27,362 nt of DNA from positions 1 to 27,362 of IMG/VR virus record IMGVR_UViG_3300005764_000068; one strand, 5' to 3'. Below the pieces are notes generated by a model that was not told where the DNA came from, did not search any database, and was given only the letters and a program-made list of their open reading frames with translations. Below, piece after piece: positions 1-7,944 of the stretch. How positions within the stretch are numbered: the stretch's first letter is position 1; every line of letters starts with the position of its first letter. The DNA comes from a virus (lineage: Duplodnaviria; Caudoviricetes). The position numbers and the translations under genes were made by a program.

Positions 1-238
1 TGGCAAGCTGCCGGATGAGAACCGCACCTGCCAGAACGCTGGTCTGCGGCAGCAGGTAGGCAATGGGTCACGCGCTGAAGCTGGTGATCCGCTGGCTGGC
101 GAATCGGGACAGCCGACGGTGTTGTGGGCGCCGGACTCGCACCGCGATCGCTGGACCGAGGACCCGCTGCTGGCGCGATTGCGCCAAGAGCACGGTCCAT
201 GTGGGCGGCCCGACATTTACGATTCGAGCAAGCGATGA
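1..238 (+). CDS. Hypothetical protein, 3' part only (5' end outside window)
   Basis: Frame 2 is open from base 2 (GKLPDENRTC...DIYDSSKR) to TGA 236-238, which overlaps the next ATG at 235 (ATGA). Confidence 0.6.
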   Translation, partial: GKLPDENRTCQNAGLRQQVGNGSRAEAGDPLAGESGQPTVLWAPDSHRDRWTEDPLLARLRQEHGPCGRPDIYDSSKR

Positions 239-477
239 CCGAAGATCGCCAGCATATTCTGGTCTGCGAGCGGGTCGACGATTTCGAGCCACGGGTGCTC
301 TCGCGTATGGAGCGTTGCGGAGACTGTGATGCGCGGGTGTGGGTGGCTGACAGTTCACCGAAGGACGTTACTGGTTTCGTATGCAAGCGCTGCTTCATGG
401 CGAGTCCGCCACCGCCTGACACCGAGATCAGTCCACCGACTGCCGAGCAGTTGGCCGACATCAAGGGTGGACGGTGA
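235..477 (+). CDS. Small putative zinc-binding protein (CGDC...CKRC), 80 aa
   Basis: ATG 235 coupled to the upstream stop; two CxxC pairs; stop overlaps next GTG at 474. Confidence 0.7.
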   Translation: MTEDRQHILVCERVDDFEPRVLSRMERCGDCDARVWVADSSPKDVTGFVCKRCFMASPPPPDTEISPPTAEQLADIKGGR

Positions 478-743
478 TGGTTGATCTCATTCCGTTTCCG
501 CAGCCCAAGCAGCAGACGAAAGAGGAGCGGCAACGGCGGCTCGCTTACACGCTTGAGCAGTTGATGGCGCGGCTGGCGTTTCTCGGTGCCGACAAGAAGG
601 CCGCGGTCTATGTGCGCTGCGGCTGGATGGCTGGTGTGGTGCATGCTCAGTATCGAGAGGATGGCGTGCACGGCAAGCCGACGGTGCTGCTGTACGTGAA
701 CGAAGACGAGATGCCAGATCGTGCGCGCAGCGGGATGAAATGA
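474..743 (+). CDS. Hypothetical protein
   Basis: ORF track 89 aa; overlapping start/stop codons on both sides. Confidence 0.7.
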   Translation: MMVDLIPFPQPKQQTKEERQRRLAYTLEQLMARLAFLGADKKAAVYVRCGWMAGVVHAQYREDGVHGKPTVLLYVNEDEMPDRARSGMK

Positions 744-919
744 TGGTTCGGCGATTGAGCAATCTCAAGACGGTGATGGAGCTTATCGACAGTGTGATTG
801 CGCCGCCGATGACGGCGTTAGATGCGCGGCTGTTTCTGCAGGAGCTTATGGACGAGCTACGCGTCCGCAATGACGGGTTGCGAGACGACATAGCGATGCA
901 GGAAAGACGTCGTGGCTGA
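740..919 (+). CDS. Hypothetical helical protein, 59 aa (not in ORF track)
   Basis: ATG 740 overlaps the upstream TGA; MMVRRLSNLKTVMELIDSVIAPPMTALDARLFLQELMDELRVRNDGLRDDIAMQERRRG; fills the gap to the next gene. Confidence 0.7.
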   Translation: MMVRRLSNLKTVMELIDSVIAPPMTALDARLFLQELMDELRVRNDGLRDDIAMQERRRG

Positions 920-1220
920 TAAGAAATTCAGGCCTGCTCTGATCGCCCTCGAAGACATGCCGGAGCATGCGCGCAATCGCCTTTCGCCGGATGAGGCGGC
1001 TGATCAATTCGATGACGACCCGACCTGCCTGGTGTTCTCGATCAGCAACGTGGCGAAGGCATTCGGGCTGACCAAGAAGGAAATCCACGAGGAGCTACGC
1101 AGCGGGCGGTTGAAAGCGTCCGGCAAGCCCATGGCTGAAGGTGGCATGACCGCGATCGGTATTCGCGGCGATCACCTCGTCGAGTGGATGGACAGCACTG
1201 GGCGCAAGCTGGAAGAGTGA
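912..1220 (+). CDS. Putative excisionase/MerR-like (HTH_17-type) DNA-binding protein
   Basis: FSISNVAKAFGLTKKEIHEELRSGRLKA...IRGDHLVEWM fits the helix-turn-helix plus G-x-L-x-A wing pattern. Confidence 0.55.
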   Translation: MADKKFRPALIALEDMPEHARNRLSPDEAADQFDDDPTCLVFSISNVAKAFGLTKKEIHEELRSGRLKASGKPMAEGGMTAIGIRGDHLVEWMDSTGRKLEE

Positions 1221-1221
1221 A

Positions 1222-1578
1222 ATGTTCATCGGCTTGGTGGACGCAGATCAGAATCCGTTCTGGCCGGGAGCGGTGAGCCGGATCGCGGCTGAGATCGTGG
1301 TGTGGGATTTGATCTACGTGCGCGGCGACAAGTTCGCATTCATCAATCGAAATCCGGTTGAGTTCCTGGCGTATCGCGACATCGGGCCGATTACCGGCAT
1401 CGCGCTCTACCGTGAGGCCGACGACGAGCGGCCGGTCGGCCCGCCATACATGCTTGGGCGAAGGACTGATCCTGTCAGGGCGGGCGATATGGTGATCCTG
1501 GTGCCGGGACATTTGATGATCACCACGACGCTCAATCCCGATCCGCGCTGGGCAAGGGTAAGGCAGCCGGTGCGATGA
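1222..1578 (+). CDS. Putative small beta-rich virion structural protein
   Basis: N-x(3)-VEF...GPITGIALY...V-x-x-GD-x-V-x-x-x-x-G-x-L-x-IT resembles a widespread small phage tail/fibre-associated family; recognised by eye. Confidence 0.45.
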   Translation: MFIGLVDADQNPFWPGAVSRIAAEIVVWDLIYVRGDKFAFINRNPVEFLAYRDIGPITGIALYREADDERPVGPPYMLGRRTDPVRAGDMVILVPGHLMITTTLNPDPRWARVRQPVR

Positions 1579-1799
1579 GCGATCACCGACCGCACGACGA
1601 TTACTTCGTGAGCGATGACCCGCAGACACAGGCGCACATCGATATGCTGCGCAAGGAGATCACGCGGCTGGAGGGTAAGGTGCAAGCGCTCGAACTGGTG
1701 GTGGCGCGCGACCGTGACGAGATCGGGCGGTTGCGCGCTGACGTCATGAGGGGCGAAGGGGTGCTGCAGCGGCTGCGTGCGGAGATTCGGAATGGCTGA
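1575..1799 (+). CDS. Hypothetical coiled-coil protein
   Basis: Heptad-like LRKEITRLEGKVQALE; ATGA coupling. Confidence 0.7.
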   Translation: MSDHRPHDDYFVSDDPQTQAHIDMLRKEITRLEGKVQALELVVARDRDEIGRLRADVMRGEGVLQRLRAEIRNG

Positions 1800-2049
1800 T
1801 CCGAGGGTCCCGAAGCATTTCATCGTCGCGCCGTGGACGCCGGGCGTGACGCAAGCTGATCCGCTCGGGCATGTCGGGCAGCCGTACAACGTCCTCTATG
1901 CCGACGTTGAGGCCGCGAAGACGAAGGCGAAGGAGTTGGCTGCAGACACGCCCGGCACGATCTGGGTGGTGTATGCGGCGATCTGGTATGCGTGGACGGA
2001 CGAGACGCCGGTCAACCTGCAGCGGGTGATCGGTGCTGCGTTGACGTGA
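1792..2049 (+). CDS. Hypothetical protein
   Basis: ATG 1792 (MADPRVPKH) preceded by GGAG; overlaps upstream stop. Confidence 0.7.
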   Translation: MADPRVPKHFIVAPWTPGVTQADPLGHVGQPYNVLYADVEAAKTKAKELAADTPGTIWVVYAAIWYAWTDETPVNLQRVIGAALT

Positions 2050-2059
2050 TCAACAGGGA

Positions 2060-2383
2060 GTGACCGACATGGGACTGATTTCGCTAGTGACTGACGACGG
2101 CAAGAGCTTGTACGTGGCGACGGACAACATCGCCAGCGTCGAGGCAGTACCTGGAAAGCCGGGCACGCCGGCCGTCGAGGCCGCAGACGAAGTGCCGGAT
2201 GATCCGGGTGAGGAGCCGTCTGCGACCAACCCGCTGGGTCGACCGCCGAAGAAGGGCAGCCCGAAGACCGAAGCGAAGGCTGCGGACCCGGGTGTGCCGG
2301 ATAAATCGATCCTCAAGCTCAAGGTCGGTGGCGATCTCACCGTGGTGATGCCGGCGGCGACATTGGCGTCGATGATCCCGTGA
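2060..2383 (+). CDS. Hypothetical protein, FlbD-like termini with a Pro/acidic/Lys-rich insert
   Basis: LISLVTDDGKSLYVATDNIASVEAVP...PDKSILKLKVGGDLTVVMP; the start may be ATG 2069 (GGGAG upstream). Confidence 0.6.
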   Translation: MTDMGLISLVTDDGKSLYVATDNIASVEAVPGKPGTPAVEAADEVPDDPGEEPSATNPLGRPPKKGSPKTEAKAADPGVPDKSILKLKVGGDLTVVMPAATLASMIP

Positions 2384-2384
2384 G

Positions 2385-2897
2385 ATGCCGCTCGCTCCCT
2401 GGTGTGCGGAAGAGCGGTGGCAATTCTTTCTGGCGGATGGAGCGACTGAGCAGCCGCATCCGGAGGGCTGCAAGTTCGCGCGCGTGACCGGGCGGCAGCG
2501 CTGCCCGAAGAGCATCCAGACGCTGACCTGGATGGTCCGCAATGATTACGAGCAAGATTTATCAACGGCGACCTGGTTCGAGCCGGACAAAGATCAGCCG
2601 ACCCGCGAACGCGATTGGGCCCTGCGAAACCCACTACAGAATGCGCGTCTGTTCGTGTGGGGTTGTGCGGATCGTAATTACACGGTGGAGGTTACGGAAG
2701 GGCACATGAACCCCATGGTCGTGCAGCGTGACGACGTTGGCGAGATCGGCTACCAGCGGCTGCGCTTGTTCGATTTCGAGGACGGCTCGAAGGAGCGCTC
2801 GTTCACCAGCTATTCGAGCAAGAAGCTGCTCTGGTACTGGGGCACGCAGCCGACCGGGTTCTACGGGATGAAGTTCGTGCCGAGGCCGTTCGCATGA
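2385..2897 (+). CDS. Hypothetical Trp-rich protein
   Basis: 170-aa ORF with GC3-rich codons, coupled to neighbours; W-x-x-RN-type segments. Confidence 0.7.
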   Translation: MPLAPWCAEERWQFFLADGATEQPHPEGCKFARVTGRQRCPKSIQTLTWMVRNDYEQDLSTATWFEPDKDQPTRERDWALRNPLQNARLFVWGCADRNYTVEVTEGHMNPMVVQRDDVGEIGYQRLRLFDFEDGSKERSFTSYSSKKLLWYWGTQPTGFYGMKFVPRPFA

Positions 2898-3265
2898 CCG
2901 ACGCGCCGAGCGGTGATCCAAAGAAGTTCGTCTGGATTGGGGATCAAGACTGGAGTTGGCTGATCGGCGCGGTGGCACGGATCGACAGGAATGTGGCGCG
3001 TCTCCTCGGTGAGACGCAGAGAGTGGAGACGAAGATGGCAGCGGTTGATGACGCTTTGCAGGCATTGACGGATCAAGTGACGGCGAACACGAGCGCCGAG
3101 GCCAGCGCGGCTGCGCTGATCTCGGAGCTAGCGGGCATGATCCAGACGCACGTGGACAATCCGGTGGCGCTGACGGACTTGGCGGCGAAGTTGAAGGCGA
3201 GCGCGGATGCCCTGGCTGCAGCGGTCACGGCGAACACGCCGGTGCCGGCCCCGGCTACGCCCTGA
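2894..3265 (+). CDS. Ala-rich coiled-coil phage protein (VTANT twice)
   Basis: ORF track 123 aa; possible internal start at MAAVDD after GGAG (~3036). Confidence 0.75.
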   Translation: MTDAPSGDPKKFVWIGDQDWSWLIGAVARIDRNVARLLGETQRVETKMAAVDDALQALTDQVTANTSAEASAAALISELAGMIQTHVDNPVALTDLAAKLKASADALAAAVTANTPVPAPATP

Positions 3266-3275
3266 GTTAAAATGC

Positions 3276-3339
3276 GAACCGGCTCAGCGTTGGATCGCTG
3301 AACCGGTTCTGACCAAGCGAAACCTGTTAGGAGGCTTCG
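3276..3339 (+). promoter_or_regulatory. Two-hairpin leader of HNH gene; second hairpin partly masks the SD
   Basis: GAACCGG-c-TCAGCG (3276-3289) pairs with CGCTGA-a-CCGGTTC (3296-3309); CGAAACCT (3318-3325) pairs with AGGCTTCG (3332-3339, one mismatch), overlapping AGGAGG 3329-3334; TAAAAT at 3268-3273. Confidence 0.65.
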
Positions 3340-3759
3340 ATGGCTAAGTTGCCGATACTTTATCGAGTCAAGTCCAGCAAGGGCGCGCTGCTCTTAGCGC
3401 GTTTCCAAGCGAAGGTGAAAATAGTTGAGAGCGGCTGCCATGAATGGCAAGGCTGCTTACAGTCTCGCGGTTATGGGATGCTGCGGGCCAACGGAAAGTT
3501 GTTCTTTTCACACCGGCTTGCATGGCAGTTAGTTCACGGCACGATTCCCAATGGACTGTACGTTCTGCACAAATGCGACAACCCATGTTGCGTAAATGTC
3601 GATCATCTATTTCTCGGAACTCAGCGCGACAATTTGAGAGATGCGGTCGAGAAAGGTAGATGCAGACGTTCCATCCTGACGCCGGAAGAGCGGCGTATTC
3701 GCCAGCGTGAATACAATCGGCGCTGGCGCGAAAAGAGGAGGTTGCAACGCCATGTGTGA
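3340..3759 (+). CDS. HNH homing endonuclease (HNH_3 type), apparently intact
   Basis: CHEWQG...GYG...HRLAW...VLHKCDNPCCVNVDHLFLGTQRDNLRD; visibly AT-richer codons than flanks. Confidence 0.92.
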   Translation: MAKLPILYRVKSSKGALLLARFQAKVKIVESGCHEWQGCLQSRGYGMLRANGKLFFSHRLAWQLVHGTIPNGLYVLHKCDNPCCVNVDHLFLGTQRDNLRDAVEKGRCRRSILTPEERRIRQREYNRRWREKRRLQRHV

Positions 3760-4240
3760 CTATTCCATGCACTCGGTGAAGACGCGCAACGCCGAGCAGG
3801 GCGACGTGCTGGTGACCTGCGGGTTCGCCGGCACCCACACGCGCGGCCTGCAGCGGGTCGAGGACGCGGGTTTCACGGCTTACGCGACGTGCCTGAAGCC
3901 TGGGACTGAGGTCGTCTTCCTCGCTCCCGTACGCACCAAGGATATCTTCACTTCGGTCACGCTATGGTTGTTCGGCAAGCGTTCGCGCGCGCTGGCCCAT
4001 CGCACGGCCAAGTTCGTGCAGCGGGATATGGACAAGCCAGCCGTGCATCATGACGCGTTCGAGTTTCCCGGTGGCACGCTGGTCTACGTGACCGCTCTAA
4101 AACCGGGTCAGAAGGTCCGCGTTCTGCAAGTGCCGGCGCCGAGCACTGGCCCGTTCACGATCGCTGATGTCGGTGCAGTCCGGGCGCAGGAGCGCATGTT
4201 CGGTGTGCCGCTGCGCGAGGTCGAGCCGCGTGGTGCATGA
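3752..4240 (+). CDS. MCDYS-family hypothetical protein (seen in Rhizobiales)
   Basis: ATG 3752 after GAGGAGG; MCDYSMH...TRG...CLKPGTE...HHDAFEFPGG...GQKVRVLQVP. Confidence 0.75.
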   Translation: MCDYSMHSVKTRNAEQGDVLVTCGFAGTHTRGLQRVEDAGFTAYATCLKPGTEVVFLAPVRTKDIFTSVTLWLFGKRSRALAHRTAKFVQRDMDKPAVHHDAFEFPGGTLVYVTALKPGQKVRVLQVPAPSTGPFTIADVGAVRAQERMFGVPLREVEPRGA

Positions 4241-4761
4241 TCGCGAAGCTCCAGGAAAATGGCAGGAGGTTCGCGAGTTGGGTTGGCTCAGTCCCGCTTC
4301 CGGTGTGGGGCTTCATGATCACGCAGTTCGCAGTCATCGCGGTCTGGGCCATCAGGCTCGAAGGCCAGGTGTCCAAGAATGACGAATACCTTGCTGCAAT
4401 TCGCAACGAGGGCACCGTCAAGAGCAACGTCAACGAGACGCGGTTGAACAATCTGATCGAGCGCGAGAACAATATCGAGAAACGCCTCGACGCCTGGTTT
4501 CAGGATGGATCGCTCAAGACCAACGCCATCGACACCCGCCTGAATGCCGTGGGCGAGCGGCTCACTAAGGTCGAGCGCAGGCAGGACGAAACCGGCACGC
4601 CAGCACTCACCACGCTCAATGTGACCGTTGATAAACTTCAGTCGCTGATCGAGCGCACGGACCGGATCGTCAAGGCGCTCGACACCATCTACGACCAGCA
4701 GCAGACGAACATTCGCAGACTTGACGTGCTGGAGCAGCGCGTAGGTCAACCGAAGAGATAG
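4237..4761 (+). CDS. Membrane-anchored coiled-coil protein with ~32-aa internal repeats
   Basis: Hydrophobic VWGFMITQFAVIAVWAI, then repeated G[ST]x-K...RLN...ER...EKR-x-D units. Confidence 0.75.
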   Translation: MIAKLQENGRRFASWVGSVPLPVWGFMITQFAVIAVWAIRLEGQVSKNDEYLAAIRNEGTVKSNVNETRLNNLIERENNIEKRLDAWFQDGSLKTNAIDTRLNAVGERLTKVERRQDETGTPALTTLNVTVDKLQSLIERTDRIVKALDTIYDQQQTNIRRLDVLEQRVGQPKR

Positions 4762-4765
4762 CTAG

Positions 4766-4992
4766 AACTGACTGCGCACGCGCTGTCACGCCTTGAGGCG
4801 CCCCCCTCCCACGACGTGGCCCCGCATTCCCATGGCGCAGTCACAGGGCCGCCGTCCGACCTCAAGCCCTCCAACCAGTCGGCGGCGGCTCGCCTTTCGC
4901 CCGCGGGTAGCGCGCGGCTCGCGTAATACCGACACAGCCGCTATGGCGGTCCGCCGCACGAAGCTAGACCGTCGGCGTGGCATCGCGCGCAA
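4766..4992 (+). ncRNA. Candidate structured RNA / sRNA in intergenic gap
   Basis: Stems 4769-4777/4835-4843 and 4846-4860/4878-4891; C-rich CCUCC loops; loop-loop complementarity CTTGAGG (4792-4798)/CCTCAAG (4860-4866). Strand not established. Confidence 0.4.
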
Positions 4993-5010
4993 CATTCAAG
5001 GAGCGCAATT

Positions 5011-5202
5011 ATGGTCAGATTGATGGTGATCGCGATCAGCGCATCGGTGATGCTGCTGGCTGCCGTCGAGGTCGCTGCGGCGGCGAAGATGCGTTGCACG
5101 GATAGCAAGACGGGTAAGTACGTGTCGGAGAGCTATGCGAAGAGGTATCCAGGGCTGACGCAGTGCTCGCCGGTGATGCCAAAGGAGAAGACGCGGGGCT
5201 GA
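5011..5202 (+). CDS. Small exported protein (signal peptide, one Cys pair)
   Basis: AAGGAG SD; hydrophobic N-terminus ending in AAAA; mature part KMRCTDSKTGKYVSESYAKRYPGLTQC. Confidence 0.65.
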   Translation: MVRLMVIAISASVMLLAAVEVAAAAKMRCTDSKTGKYVSESYAKRYPGLTQCSPVMPKEKTRG

Positions 5203-5203
5203 C

Positions 5204-7717
5204 ATGGCCGACAACGTCGTCCCATTCCGCGGGCACTTTCCGTACTTCGGGCACTTCAACAACCTGGTCACCGACACGTGGAAGAACTTCGTGTCGATGC
5301 TCGGCACGGAGAAGGACAAGACCGTTGCCGCGACGCCGGTTGTCGAACTGCTCGACATGCTCAAGCTCGACAATCTTTACCGCGGGAACTGGGTGTGCAG
5401 GAAAATCGTCGATCTGCCGGCGTGGGATTGCTGCCGGGCATGGCGCCAGTGGCAAGCGGAAGAGGATCAGATCGAGAAGCTGGAGGAGGCTGAGCGCAAG
5501 CACGGGCTGCAGCGCAAGGTCATGGCCGCGATCTCGCGGGCCCGGCTCTACGGTGGCGCGGCGATCATCTTGGGCCTGGAAGGTTGCGGCCAGTTCAACG
5601 AGGAGCTTGATCTCGACGACGTCGGCAAGAACGCGCTGAAGTTCGTGCATGTCATCAGTGGTGGCCGGCATCAGATGATCACGGCGGGTCAGCGCATCCT
5701 CGATGTGACGTCACCCTGGTTCGGCGAGCCGAGCTATTACATGCGCTCGAACACGCCGACGCCGCAGCCGCCCGGCAACGTGGCGATGATCGAGACATCC
5801 GGGCTTGGCTATCCGCCGGGCTCGACCTTATACATCCATCCATCGCGGGTGGTGCGCTTGACCGGGCTCGACTATCCCGATCCTGAGACGTCGATGGATT
5901 CGTGGGGCGACAGTGTGCTGCAGCCGGTCTACGACGCGGCGCGCGCTTCGGGCTCGGTCTCTGGTGCCATCGCGGCGATGGTGCAAGAGAGCAAGATCGA
6001 CATCATCAAGATGAAGGGCTTGTCGGAGTTGATGTCGACACGCGAGGGCGCGCAGCGGCTCTACGATCGCTACAGCAACTCCAACGTGGCGAAGAGCGTG
6101 ATCAACACGCTGATGCTGGACGTCGAGGAGGAGTTCGTCCGCCACGAGATGCACTACGCCAACCTCGACAAGGTGATGACGCTGTTCCTCTTGGTGTGTG
6201 CGGCCGCGGCGGACATTCCGGCGACACGATTGTTGGGGCGAGAGCCCGCCGGCATGAATGCGACGGGCGATAGCGATATCAGGAACTACTACGACCGGCT
6301 GGCTGCGGACCAGGAGGTGCGGCTGCGGCCGACCTTGAGCAAGCTCGACGAGGTATTGATCCGCTCGATCTTCGGCGATCGCGACGAGGACATCCACTAC
6401 ACGTGGAACCCACTGTGGCAGATGTCGGACGAGGAGCAGTCGCAGGTCGAACTGCGCAAGGCGCAGGCGTTCGCGATCGACGTCAACGCCGGCCTGATCG
6501 ATCCGATGGCGCTCAAGGAAGGTCGGCAGAACTCGCTGATCGCTTCTGGCTTCCTGTACAAGGGCCTCGATGCGGCAATCGAGGAGGCCGAGACCGCGGG
6601 CGATGACGAGGACATCGACGAGCAGCAAAGCGCGGGGCTGTTCGGCGAGCAGCCTGGACAGTTCGGTCAGCCTGGCGCTCCGCCTGGTGGTGCGCCTGCT
6701 GGCGGAAAGCCACCGCCGTTCGGCGGCAACGGCAAGACGCGTGACACCGCAGACGAGCGTGGCGAGTTCATCCGCGATCCGCTGACGGGGCAATGGGGCG
6801 GCTCGCACGCCGGCTCGCATGAGAGCAAGCTGTCACGGCGCGAGGCGCGTTACCGGCAGCTAATCAGCGCAAAGCATCCGGCGAAGCCGATCGAGTCGGC
6901 GCGGCTGCTGTCGGCTGCGGCGCGAGGTAAATCATCGGCCGGAAAGGAGTTCGAATCGTATGCGCGCGGACTTGAAGGTGTCACCGGCAAAGGTGCTGCC
7001 GCGGGTCCGATCGAGCAGGTCGGCGCGCAGACTGGCGGCAAGACCGAGCCTGCGGGCGGGCGCAAGGCCTCGCCGGGCGTACCGGACCGGCTGGTGCAAG
7101 CGATCGAGGACCACGTCAATGCAATGGCCGGCGAGGGTAGCCGGCACGGTGCCGGCGATCTGTCCGAGTGGATAACTCGTGCGCATCGTGACGACATCAT
7201 CGCGCTGACCGATGCCAGCAAAGATAAGTGGCCGATCCTGTTGCTGCACAAGGGCGATCCTGCGGCGGGGATGCCGACCGTGTGGATGCTGACGTGGAGC
7301 AAGAACGATACGACGTCGATCCACGATCATCTGGAATCGGAAGTCGGCGTGTCGGTGGCGCGCGGCAGCGTCGGCAATCGGGTGTACTCGACCGGCGAAG
7401 GCTATTTGGACAAGGCGAAGAGCAAGGCGGGGTTGGAGTCGCAGACCGGCGAACAGATACTGCAGCGCGACCAGACCGTAACGCTGAAGTCGCCGTACAT
7501 CCACGAGATGTTCGGCACTGCGGAGCCTGGTCAGAAGCGCGACATCACCGTGCATTCGTATTATCCACCGCTCAAGCAGATGCACTATTTCAAGAAGGAC
7601 AACAAAGGTAACCTGCACTACGCTGGCGATTGGGACGAGGATCGCAATCCGGAGGATGTGATGGTGGTTGATGCCATGCGGGGCTTCCGCGGTTGTCCTT
7701 GCTGTTGTCTGGGATGA
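5204..7717 (+). CDS. Portal protein (DUF1073 type) with a C-terminal extension carrying a cysteine-dioxygenase-like cupin
   Basis: LYRGNWVCRKIVDLPAWD, ARLYGGAAI, IHPSRVV, AAAADIPATRLLGREPAGMNATGDSDIRNYYD, WNPLWQMSD; extension has WMLTW...IHDH...YIHEM...TVHSYYPPL. Confidence 0.93.
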   Translation: MADNVVPFRGHFPYFGHFNNLVTDTWKNFVSMLGTEKDKTVAATPVVELLDMLKLDNLYRGNWVCRKIVDLPAWDCCRAWRQWQAEEDQIEKLEEAERKHGLQRKVMAAISRARLYGGAAIILGLEGCGQFNEELDLDDVGKNALKFVHVISGGRHQMITAGQRILDVTSPWFGEPSYYMRSNTPTPQPPGNVAMIETSGLGYPPGSTLYIHPSRVVRLTGLDYPDPETSMDSWGDSVLQPVYDAARASGSVSGAIAAMVQESKIDIIKMKGLSELMSTREGAQRLYDRYSNSNVAKSVINTLMLDVEEEFVRHEMHYANLDKVMTLFLLVCAAAADIPATRLLGREPAGMNATGDSDIRNYYDRLAADQEVRLRPTLSKLDEVLIRSIFGDRDEDIHYTWNPLWQMSDEEQSQVELRKAQAFAIDVNAGLIDPMALKEGRQNSLIASGFLYKGLDAAIEEAETAGDDEDIDEQQSAGLFGEQPGQFGQPGAPPGGAPAGGKPPPFGGNGKTRDTADERGEFIRDPLTGQWGGSHAGSHESKLSRREARYRQLISAKHPAKPIESARLLSAAARGKSSAGKEFESYARGLEGVTGKGAAAGPIEQVGAQTGGKTEPAGGRKASPGVPDRLVQAIEDHVNAMAGEGSRHGAGDLSEWITRAHRDDIIALTDASKDKWPILLLHKGDPAAGMPTVWMLTWSKNDTTSIHDHLESEVGVSVARGSVGNRVYSTGEGYLDKAKSKAGLESQTGEQILQRDQTVTLKSPYIHEMFGTAEPGQKRDITVHSYYPPLKQMHYFKKDNKGNLHYAGDWDEDRNPEDVMVVDAMRGFRGCPCCCLG
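6737..6862 (+). repeat. Cargo-tag copy 1 (portal): TRDTADERGEFIRDPLTGQWGGSHAGSHESKLSRREARYRQL
   Basis: Matches three copies in MuF; TTCATCCGCGATCCGCT (6767-6783) is identical to 11322-11338. Confidence 0.9.
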
Positions 7718-7944
7718 ACACACACACCGTCGAGCGCATGATCATCGATACGCTGCGGCACAAAGCCAAGCGTCCTGGTGGAGGCCTGACGGTGACGGAA
7801 CTGGTGGCCTCGACCGGGATGACGCATCCGAACTTGATCTGTGCTGCGCTGACATTCATGCAGAACGGAAAAGTCGTCGAGAGTTTTACGGTCGACGGCT
7901 TGCGGGCGCGGCGGCTGTACTACCTGACGCGGGACCATCGTTGA
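7714..7944 (+). CDS. Putative winged-helix DNA-binding protein
   Basis: ATG 7714 overlaps the portal stop; GLTVTELVASTGM...AALTFMQNGKVV...RRLYYL. Confidence 0.6.
   Translation: MNTHTVERMIIDTLRHKAKRPGGGLTVTELVASTGMTHPNLICAALTFMQNGKVVESFTVDGLRARRLYYLTRDHR

Noticed and set aside
4786-5023. ORFs 4793-5023 (+) and 4786-4995 (-)
   Set aside because: Arg/Pro-rich, weak starts, no coupling; the region looks more like structured non-coding sequence.
5204-6600. Anti-CBASS Acb1 label sometimes attached to DUF1073-type proteins
   Set aside because: The region is the portal core; no paired HxT/S 2H-phosphoesterase motifs were evident, and the extension here is a cupin.
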